Of a stretch of 15,343 nucleotides of DNA, positions 1-7,135 are shown piece by piece. The position numbers were made by a program, and so were the translations under genes. Origin of the DNA: Candidatus Geocrenenecus huangii (GTDB lineage: Archaea > Thermoproteota > Nitrososphaeria_A > Caldarchaeales > Wolframiiraptoraceae). Each line of letters opens with the position of its first letter. Position 1 is the first letter of the stretch. The notes below the pieces were generated by a model. That model was not told where the DNA came from. It made no database searches and worked only from the letters and a program-made list of their open reading frames with translations. The stretch lies in NCBI GenBank assembly GCA_023254095.1, contig JALNLM010000022.1, positions 1 to 15,343 of the forward strand, written 5' to 3'.

Positions 1-1
1 A

Positions 2-801
2 CTTTCAATTCTCTTTATGAGATTCTGACGACGATTGGAGGGGTATAGAGCTAGAGGATCCCTATTATCTTTCAATTCTCTTTATGAGATTCGGAAATAT
101 CTGGAATTAGAAGTTAGAACTTTTTCGTACTTTCAATTCTCTTTATGAGATTCAACTCACGACCGTCGATGACCCCCAGCAGGGGATCTCTAGGCTTTCA
201 ATTCTCTTTATGAGATTCTTTTTCTAGGTGAGATGTTGAAAGGATATTTCCAAGGAATCTTTCAATTCTCTTTATGAGATTCGCCCACCCTAGCAAGGGA
301 GAGGGTAACCCTCCCGAGTTAGCTTTCAATTCTCTTTATGAGATTCTAATCCTTCCTTGATACTCAGGTTGTGTTGTGAGTATACTTTCAATTCTCTTTA
401 TGAGATTCATAGGATAGAAGAGGTTATTTCTCAAGTGAAAGAGAAGTATGACTTTCAATTCTCTTTATGAGATTCAGAAGGATTTGGTTAAAGATTTATG
501 ATCTGAAGAAGCTAGACTTTCAATTCTCTTTATGAGATTCTGTTGATAAAATTTTTGGATAAAATCATAAATAAAAATTGTCTTTCAATTCTCTTTATGA
601 GATTCAGGTCTGGTATCTTGTCATATTCAATTTCCTCGTAGCATTTTCTTTCAATTCTCTTTATGAGATTCGTATTCCGCCTTCAGGTCAGGTTGCTAGA
701 GTCAAGGTTAGTCCTTTCAATTCTCTTTATGAGATTCTATATGGCCACGCTTCCTTATACGTTTTCACGTGTAGTTACTTTCAATTCTCTTTATGAGATT
801 C
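2..801 (-). CRISPR. CRISPR array, 13 repeats (CTTTCAATTCTCTTTATGAGATTC; crRNA sense GAATCTCATAAAGAGAATTGAAAG) and 12 spacers of 37-43 nt; probably continues left of the window
   Basis: Identical 24-mers start at 2, 69, 130, 195, 259, 323, 385, 452, 517, 582, 648, 714 and 778. The reverse complement ends in ATTGAAAG, the typical archaeal Cas6 5' handle. An AT-rich non-coding leader lies on the right, which supports minus-strand transcription. Confidence 0.98.
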
Positions 802-1001
802 CGAGCTCTTTTCAGAGTTTTTAAGCCTTGTCTAGGCGTTCTAGATTCTAAATCTTTGAATAATCCCTTACTCGGGAATTCGTATTTAAGTGAATATGGG
901 GGATTAATAAGCATTACGTAATACGGCATAATAAAGTAATACTCTTGTAAATTATCAGTAGCAGAGTTTATTATAGAAGCATCCTGTACATTTCTCGCTC
1001 C
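802..1001 (-). promoter_or_regulatory. CRISPR leader, shared with the divergent promoter of the DUF72 gene
   Basis: 200-nt AT-rich non-coding stretch next to an intact terminal repeat. A TATA-like CTTAAAAA lies on the minus strand (825-818) and TTTATTAT on the plus strand (967-974), about 30 nt before the DUF72 ATG. Confidence 0.7.
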
Positions 1002-1724
1002 ATGATTTATTTTGTTGGTACGTCGGGGTGGTCGTACTCCTGGAACTTGGAGGGAAGTTTCGATTGGTACGTTAAGTACTCCCGTCTAAATGCAGTCGAG
1101 CTTAACATGAGCTTCTACCGTTACCCATATCCAAACATGATAAGTTCATGGGCTTCAAAAGGTAGGACGATTAGATGGGCCATCAAAGTCAACAGACTCA
1201 TAACCCATGTTTTCAAATTCGATCAAAGAGCTTACGAGTTCTGGCAGAAATTCTATAATCTCTTTACATCACTTGACCCCCATGTGGATTTCTACTTGTT
1301 CCAGCTCCCACCCTCGATAACGCCGAAGTCGATTAGAATAATTGAGAAATTCATTGAAAGAGTAAGTCTAGGAAAGAGGTTCGCTCTCGAAGTTAGAAAT
1401 ATGAAGTGGTTCGATAGAGCTTTCATAGATTGGGCTTCGGACCTCGAATTGACCTGGGTTAGTATAGACTCACCTGATTTCCCAATAGACATCTATAATA
1501 CTAATGGTATAGTATATGAGAGGATGCATGGTAGAACAGGCTGGTATTCACATCACTATACAGACCAAGAGTTAACCGACGTAGCAGAGAGAATCAAGAA
1601 AGCAGATCCCGAGAAAGCCTACATATTCTTCAACAACGACCATGCAATGTTGGAGAATGCGAGAAGAATGCTAGAGATATTATCTACTTCAGAGCTAAGT
1701 AATTTTCAAGCAGGGAAAACTTGA
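1002..1724 (+). CDS. DUF72 (YecE-like) TIM-barrel protein
   Basis: Family motifs GTSGWSY, VELNxSFY, LFQLPPS, YxRxHGR and FFNND; 240 aa. Confidence 0.92.
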   Translation: MIYFVGTSGWSYSWNLEGSFDWYVKYSRLNAVELNMSFYRYPYPNMISSWASKGRTIRWAIKVNRLITHVFKFDQRAYEFWQKFYNLFTSLDPHVDFYLFQLPPSITPKSIRIIEKFIERVSLGKRFALEVRNMKWFDRAFIDWASDLELTWVSIDSPDFPIDIYNTNGIVYERMHGRTGWYSHHYTDQELTDVAERIKKADPEKAYIFFNNDHAMLENARRMLEILSTSELSNFQAGKT

Positions 1725-1793
1725 CCATATAAGATCAAGAAGAAACTGCTTCTCCATCTCTATATTTATCTATAAGCCAATACTCTGAAATGA

Positions 1794-2276
1794 ATGATAC
1801 ATATGGGTAATAATGAATTTCTTCTCCTCAAGAAATTCCTAGACGACAACGGTGTAGTATATAGAGTATATGAGCATGAGCCAGTCTACACTTCTGAGCA
1901 GGCTGCAAGAGTCAGAAGAGTAGAGTTGAAGACTGGAGTTAAAGCCCTCATCATTAAAACGCCTGATGAGAGATTTATTCTAGGACTAGTAGCCGCTGAT
2001 AGAAAAATCGACCTAGCAAAACTTGCAAAGATAGTAGGAGTTAAGAAACTTAAGCTTGCAACACCCATAGAGGTCCTGGAGAAGACTGGCTGCGAGATTG
2101 GGTCAGTACACCCCTTCGGAAACCTATATAATCTACAAACATATCTCGATAGATCTGTATTAGAAAATACTTGGGTCAACTTCAACGCAGGCTTACATAC
2201 AGTTTCAATACATATGAAGACTGAAGACTTGGTGAGGCTTGTTAAGCCAGTTATAGCTGATTTCTCAAAAGAATAG
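1794..2276 (+). CDS. YbaK/ProX/EbsC-family aminoacyl-tRNA deacylase
   Basis: Motifs HEPVYTSEQAA, VKALIIK, GCEIGSVHPFG and FNAG; 160 aa. A TATA-like TTTATCTA at 1765-1772 fits a leaderless start. Alternative ATG at 1803. Confidence 0.88.
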   Translation: MIHMGNNEFLLLKKFLDDNGVVYRVYEHEPVYTSEQAARVRRVELKTGVKALIIKTPDERFILGLVAADRKIDLAKLAKIVGVKKLKLATPIEVLEKTGCEIGSVHPFGNLYNLQTYLDRSVLENTWVNFNAGLHTVSIHMKTEDLVRLVKPVIADFSKE

Positions 2277-2330
2277 CTACTTATCTTGAGATTCTCCTCA
2301 TTCCATTTTTCTCGCCTCTTTAATTGTGTT

Positions 2331-3239
2331 CTATGTTTTTGCCGTCTTACTCTGTTTGATCTTTCCAGCTTCACGTTTCTCGGATTCGGGTTCTACATGT
2401 ATTATCATGTTTACCTCTGGAAGACGGTGTCTTATCTCTTCTTCTAGATGATCTGCGATATCATGTGCTTCTTTTACGGTCATGTTATCATTGACTACGA
2501 GATGAACCTCAGAGAATATCATGTTTCCGCTTCTGCGGGTTTTGAGGTCATGATACTCTGTGAAAAAATGCTTATGATCCTCAAGTATCTCACGTAGCTT
2601 CCTATCAGCCTCCTTAGACGCCGGATCAATTAAGTAGTTTGATGATTTTATTATTAATTCGAGCCCCATCTTCATTATGAATATGCTTACGCCTATCGCG
2701 AGGATTGAGTCTATGAAAATGTACCCGGTGAAGTATACGATCCCTAACCCTATCCAGATAGCCATCGAGGATAATACATCTGAAAATAAGTGTTTAGCAT
2801 CTCCCTCGAAGGCGGGCGAACTCTTTATCTTAGATTCTTTTAGAAGCCTGTATGCTATTCCAGAATTTACTCCGCCCGCTATTATAGATGTAATAATTGC
2901 GACATCAAGTGAGTGAAGTTCAGTTGGATTAAAGATCCTATTGTAAGCAGTGTATAAGAGGAATATCGAGGCGATAACTATTAATATACCTTCTATCAAT
3001 CTAGAAACTTCTTCTATCTTCTGGTGACCGTATTGGTGACTTTCGTCAGGAGGTTTCACTGAAACATAAATTGTGAAGAACATTATACTTGAAGCAGCGA
3101 TATTTATAATTGATTCGAGAGCGTCAGATAGTAAAGCAACAGAATTCGAGATAAGGTATGCGATAAGTTTTATGCAAAAAACGATTACCCCGCCTGCGAC
3201 GGTAACTGCCGCGACTGTAATCTTCTCCACTATTCTCAA
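2331..3239 (-). CDS. Cation diffusion facilitator (FieF/CzrB-like) metal transporter
   Basis: Motifs SVALLSDALES, PPDESHQYGHQKIE, HLFSD, and C-terminal AHDIADHLE and IHVEP; about six TM segments; TTG start. Confidence 0.94.
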   Translation of the reverse strand: MRIVEKITVAAVTVAGGVIVFCIKLIAYLISNSVALLSDALESIINIAASSIMFFTIYVSVKPPDESHQYGHQKIEEVSRLIEGILIVIASIFLLYTAYNRIFNPTELHSLDVAIITSIIAGGVNSGIAYRLLKESKIKSSPAFEGDAKHLFSDVLSSMAIWIGLGIVYFTGYIFIDSILAIGVSIFIMKMGLELIIKSSNYLIDPASKEADRKLREILEDHKHFFTEYHDLKTRRSGNMIFSEVHLVVNDNMTVKEAHDIADHLEEEIRHRLPEVNMIIHVEPESEKREAGKIKQSKTAKT

Positions 3240-3638
3240 AATATGGTGCAGGAAGGTTTCTCATAAGGATTTACATAAACCAGAATTAAGAACAACGAGA
3301 ATTACTATCGCAGGACCGAGCAGAAAAATAACCTTCACCTAAAGTGTAGAAAATATTTTGGGAGTGGCCAGAATGCTTGCTCAATACGAAGGTAAATAAG
3401 GATAGTTTAAGATTAGTTCGAGGTTCTTATAGAGAAGGAAACGGTAGATTATCCTCAATGAGGGAATAGGATACTACGATAATTGAAGAAAATAGGTTAC
3501 TCGAAAGAGTATCTATAAAGCATAGATACTCTTCGAGTCTTTTGTAGGAAGTTGGGATAGGGGAGGGGGTGGATCATTAATAAGCCTCGACCTGTTATTA
3601 AACTATGGGTTGGAAACGCTATCGAGGTTACAGGCATA

Positions 3639-4121
3639 TTGGGGGGAATCCTTCTAATCGCCTCTCTTGATCTTGTAGTTCACCCTCTACTCAAGATCCT
3701 GATACTATTTTTGTCTTGGTTTTGCTTCTGGTATTTTCCTCATTGCCTAGCTCATTATCTTGTTGGAAGAATGCTCGGGATAAAGTTCCTATACTACTTC
3801 GTCGGAAGGTCTAGCCTCATAAAAATGAATCTACCAATAATCACGTCAGTATTGCAGATCTTTCCAGTTCTCGGGATAAAGGTTGAGAAAGATTCTATGT
3901 TTAAGGTATCTAGAAAGAAATCGGCGGCAATGTATGCTTCAGGAGTTATAGCCTCCATGTTATTCCCCCTGATACCATTCGTGTACTCATTAAAACATAT
4001 GGATCATCTCATCACAGTCTTAGTCGGTATCATGACGTTTGGTAACATAGTATTTACAATATACTTCAGTTCTAAGATAGGAGATTTCTCCAAAGCATTG
4101 AAAGTTCTCCGTCAAAAATAA
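3639..4121 (+). CDS. Small membrane protein with a site-2-protease (M50)-like HxxxH motif; the true start may lie upstream (about 3576)
   Basis: Several hydrophobic segments; FPHCLAHYLVGRMLG resembles the M50 motif HExGHxxxAxxxG; late GD motif (SKIGDF). The frame is open upstream to 3561. Confidence 0.72.
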   Translation: MGGILLIASLDLVVHPLLKILILFLSWFCFWYFPHCLAHYLVGRMLGIKFLYYFVGRSSLIKMNLPIITSVLQIFPVLGIKVEKDSMFKVSRKKSAAMYASGVIASMLFPLIPFVYSLKHMDHLITVLVGIMTFGNIVFTIYFSSKIGDFSKALKVLRQK

Positions 4122-4958
4122 ATGAGCTATACTTCCTTTTTTCAACCGCCTATACACCATTAACATGATCAGCGAAGTCGTAGTCCAGGAAAATATTGCT
4201 ATAGGTCCTAGACCAGCTATCTCTCTCGGCAAAACCGTTATCAATATCGTCAAGCCCCATAGAGCATTAATCGCACCATGTAGAGATGCTGCAGGAAGAA
4301 TGCTTGACGAGACCTTTGTGATGACTGAATGAGGTATAGAAGCAGAGATCGTGAATAAGGTGAATAACAGTGTGCCCACGAATCTGTTTTCAGGATAATT
4401 AAATCCTAGGAGGATTATCGCCGGCGCATGCCATATACCCCAAACCAACCCAACGATTAAAGAAGCCGTAACAAAATTTAGACCAAGAGATTCAAGTTTC
4501 CGTTGTAGAAATCCCCTCCAACCTATCTCTTCCCCCACGGCAAATAATGCATTCAAGGTTGTTGATGCAATATAAGCGTTAATAATTGTGAGTAGTATAA
4601 TGGTTGAAGCGCTTAGTGAGGCTGACTGTACTGTTTGCTTGATAGAATCAAATGAAAATACTCCTATAGAGTAGACCACTATTAAGTAGATTGAGAATGT
4701 TAGAAAAGTTATCAAGGGGGCCACAAAATACAGGTAAAATACTGGCCTGCTGATCTTTAATGAGTTCTTCACTTCGCTCCATCCACCGACAATATAGGTT
4801 GAGAATGCGGGTGTATACATTCGGAGAAAACCCCAGACCAGTATTGATGAACCATTCAATGATATCAGACCAATGTAGAATACATAGTCAACTAGAGATG
4901 CTAGGAGAATAGCTGTAAGAGAGAAATATAAGATATCTTTAATGTTTGTTAGATTCAT
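4020..4958 (-). CDS. CPBP (CAAX/Abi, Rce1-like) intramembrane glutamic endopeptidase
   Basis: Motifs GEEIGWRG, WGIWH and HGAIN; multiple TM segments. ATG at 4958 follows the SD-like GGAGTGA; the ORF track starts at GTG 4964. Confidence 0.92.
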   Translation of the reverse strand: MNLTNIKDILYFSLTAILLASLVDYVFYIGLISLNGSSILVWGFLRMYTPAFSTYIVGGWSEVKNSLKISRPVFYLYFVAPLITFLTFSIYLIVVYSIGVFSFDSIKQTVQSASLSASTIILLTIINAYIASTTLNALFAVGEEIGWRGFLQRKLESLGLNFVTASLIVGLVWGIWHAPAIILLGFNYPENRFVGTLLFTLFTISASIPHSVITKVSSSILPAASLHGAINALWGLTILITVLPREIAGLGPIAIFSWTTTSLIMLMVYRRLKKGSIAHLFLTENFQCFGEISYLRTEVYCKYYVTKRHDTD

Positions 4959-5020
4959 ATTCACTCCGTCATCCCATGATTCTCGGTGGATAGTAAGAAC
5001 TGGTTTTGATATAACTATTA

Positions 5021-5069
5021 TGTTGGTAGACGAGGATCACGAGCTAGACTGCTCTGCTCGTCCTCCACC
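5021..5069. other. GC-rich intergenic hairpin, candidate small RNA or cis-element
   Basis: 5025-5069 is 27/45 GC within AT-rich flanks. Complementary blocks are GGT/ACC, GAGGA/TCCTC, ACGAGC/GCTCGT and GACGAG/CTCGTC. ACA follows the stem on the minus strand. Confidence 0.4.
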
Positions 5070-5132
5070 TAGAAAGAAATATTCTTTTTAACTACCTTGT
5101 AAGTGAAGTTTACTAGAGTAGGGTGGGAAGAG

Positions 5133-5333
5133 ATGGAGACAGAATGGTCTAGGCTGATACTTAAACCCAGGTCCGCCTTCCTGCTAGTTCAATGTAATGA
5201 ATGTGGGCATAGGCAAACAGTCTTCGACCATGCGAAAACTGAAGTCTATTGCCAGGTATGCGGAGCTATCCTAGCCAAGCCAAGAGGCGGGAAAGCGGAG
5301 ATCCTGGGTAAGGTGGTCGAATCATATGGCTGA
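5133..5333 (+). CDS. rps27e: 30S ribosomal protein S27e (eS27)
   Basis: PRSxFLxVxCxxC...CxxCG...PxGGKA zinc ribbon. ATG at 5133 follows the SD-like GGGTGGGA and is preferred over GTG 5103. Confidence 0.95.
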   Translation: METEWSRLILKPRSAFLLVQCNECGHRQTVFDHAKTEVYCQVCGAILAKPRGGKAEILGKVVESYG

Positions 5334-6117
5334 ATTCATTGAAAAAGATGCACCTTCAATAGGAGAAGTGGTCGTCGGAGTAGTAAAGGGTGTAGAGAGA
5401 TTTGGAGCATACGTAGAGCTTATAGATTACCCTGGATGGGAAGGGTTCGTCCACATATCTGAAATCTCTCTTAAATGGATAAGAAACATAAGAGATTACT
5501 TAAGGGAAGGACAGAAAGAAGTCTTCAAGATTCTTAGAACAAACCCTCATCTACATCAAGTTGATCTTTCCCTTAGAAGAGTTGAGAAAAATGAAAGAGA
5601 TCAGAAGATACTTGAATTAAAGAGAAAGCAGAAAGTCCAACGTGTTCTAAATCTACTGTCTGAGAGGACGAGCATGAGTGGAGAAGAATTAAGTAAGGTG
5701 ATCATCGAACCTGCTCGAGAAAGAGGGTTACAACTCTATGACGTCTTCTTGGATATGGTTGAAAACAACTCCGTACCCGAATGGCTTAAGCTCGAAGGTA
5801 ATCTAATCAATAAATTGATAGAGCTAGTAAAACAAGAAATAAAGATGAAGAAAGTATCCGTAAAGAAGGACTTAGTATTAATATGCAGGAAAGGGGATGG
5901 AGTCGAACATATTAGGAGAGCCATAGAGGAAGCTTTGAAAATAGTTGGAAGAGGCGAATCTGCCAGCATAACAACTAAAGGTTCTCCCAGGTATTTGCTG
6001 AGAGTTGAAGCCGATACTGAAGAGAAAGCTGTAGAGCTGCTTCGGCAGATTGCGGATAAATGTATAGGTATTATTAGAGAATGTGGTGGAGAAGGAAGCT
6101 TAGTGGAAGAATCTTGA
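5326..6117 (+). CDS. eif2a: Translation initiation factor aIF-2 alpha subunit
   Basis: N-terminal S1 domain (FGAYVEL, EGFVHISEIS, WIRNIRD, DLSLRRV) and C-terminal GSPRY; conserved position between rps27e and nop10. Confidence 0.96.
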   Translation: MAEFIEKDAPSIGEVVVGVVKGVERFGAYVELIDYPGWEGFVHISEISLKWIRNIRDYLREGQKEVFKILRTNPHLHQVDLSLRRVEKNERDQKILELKRKQKVQRVLNLLSERTSMSGEELSKVIIEPARERGLQLYDVFLDMVENNSVPEWLKLEGNLINKLIELVKQEIKMKKVSVKKDLVLICRKGDGVEHIRRAIEEALKIVGRGESASITTKGSPRYLLRVEADTEEKAVELLRQIADKCIGIIRECGGEGSLVEES

Positions 6118-6329
6118 AGACTCTTATAAATAAATGCATTCAATGTGGACAATACACTATGAGGAGGGATTCCTGCCCTTATTGTGGTGGGGAGGTAAAG
6201 TCAGCTCATCCTCCTAACATATCTCTAGAGAGCAGGTATCTAGACCTAATCTTAAAGATTAGGAGAAAGAGATTTAATAACGAGGAAGCATCCATATGGG
6301 GTGAGAAAGATGATTCACGAGAACACTAG
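6114..6329 (+). CDS. nop10: H/ACA RNP protein Nop10
   Basis: KCxxCGxYTM...CPxCGG...SAHPP and conserved synteny. The TTG at 6114 overlaps the aIF2alpha stop (TTGA) and is preferred over 6081. Confidence 0.9.
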   Translation: MKTLINKCIQCGQYTMRRDSCPYCGGEVKSAHPPNISLESRYLDLILKIRRKRFNNEEASIWGEKDDSREH

Positions 6330-7110
6330 ATGGAGATTCAAGCAACTCGAAGATATAAGGATAATTCTAAATGAAGAAGGAGAGAAAGCAGAACTAAGTG
6401 GTTCAACCCTTATTGAGTCTTCTCCCAGCCCAGGTGCAGCAGGGTTCATTGCTCTATCTCATTTAATCGAGTTCCTCCGCCCAGTGAAGATAGGTGAAGT
6501 AAGGTCTCCACACTTCCCTCAAGTAAGCATAGTTAATGATGAAGGATTAGCCAGCCAGCCTAAAATAGAATTATACTTTTATGATAAAGATGTTAAGCTT
6601 CTCATAATGTTGAGGAACTTCCCGATAGAAAGTAATGAGGGAAGCTATCTAGTTGCAAGAAAGCTCTACGAATTCTTTAAGGCTAAAGGAGTTAAAGCAT
6701 ACTATCTTCTCTCAAGCTCAAGAATACTGGGAGAATCCAACGTATATGTAGCTTCTACAAGCATCGACAACGCTAAGAGACTGATCGAGGCAGGAGCCAA
6801 GCTCTCTCCGAACTTGGATACGCTGCCTATAGACAGGTTCGGCGCATACATGCTTTCATTCTTTGCGAGGAACGGTGATATGGCGCTCATATTAATATCG
6901 GAAGTTTACTCATACCTACCTGACCCTGCTGCTGCAAAACGTTTACTGGAAGTCTTGTCTAAAGCATTAAAACTTAAGATCGATATGGAGAAACTTGATA
7001 TAGAGATTCAGAAACAGAGGAAGCTGATAGAAGAATTCCAGAAAGGATTTGGAGAGATACTTCCAGGAAAAGAAGAGCAACCTAGTAGAGAACCTTATTA
7101 CATTGGCTGA
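6310..7110 (+). CDS. PAC2-family proteasome assembly chaperone-like protein
   Basis: Motifs SPHFPQV, PDPAAAKRLLEVL and C-terminal YIG; canonical position after nop10. ATG at 6310 follows the SD GGGGTGAG; the ORF track starts at 6301. Confidence 0.88.
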   Translation: MIHENTRWRFKQLEDIRIILNEEGEKAELSGSTLIESSPSPGAAGFIALSHLIEFLRPVKIGEVRSPHFPQVSIVNDEGLASQPKIELYFYDKDVKLLIMLRNFPIESNEGSYLVARKLYEFFKAKGVKAYYLLSSSRILGESNVYVASTSIDNAKRLIEAGAKLSPNLDTLPIDRFGAYMLSFFARNGDMALILISEVYSYLPDPAAAKRLLEVLSKALKLKIDMEKLDIEIQKQRKLIEEFQKGFGEILPGKEEQPSREPYYIG

Positions 7111-7135
7111 GAATTGTTTTCCCTTTAGAAAAAAT
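7111..7135. terminator. Probable bidirectional T-rich archaeal terminator between convergent PAC2 and aglB
   Basis: TTGTTTTCCCTTT on the plus strand and TTTTTTCT on the minus strand within a 25-nt gap. Confidence 0.45.

Noticed and set aside
26-777. Self-targeting or duplicated spacers
   Set aside because: No match within the window was seen by eye; a genome-wide alignment is needed to exclude it.
578-796. 72-aa ORF with repeated FNSLYEI
   Set aside because: It is the translation of CRISPR repeats and spacers, not a gene.
1886-2374. Minus-strand 162-aa ORF, plus antisense ORFs 1292-1492, 2677-2916 and 3073-3342
   Set aside because: They are antisense shadows of the well-supported YbaK, DUF72 and CDF genes and have no motifs.
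3259-3268. TCTCATAA resembling part of the CRISPR repeat (possible anti-repeat or tracrRNA)
   Set aside because: Only an 8-nt match, expected by chance in 15 kb of AT-rich DNA.
3393-3560. Stop-codon reassignment as an explanation for in-frame stops upstream of ORF 3639
   Set aside because: TAA, TAG and TGA all terminate conserved genes normally in this window.
6081-6113. N-terminal extension MWWRRKLSGRI of Nop10, and similar extensions at 5103 and 6301
   Set aside because: Downstream starts fit homologue length, SD position and stop/start overlap better.
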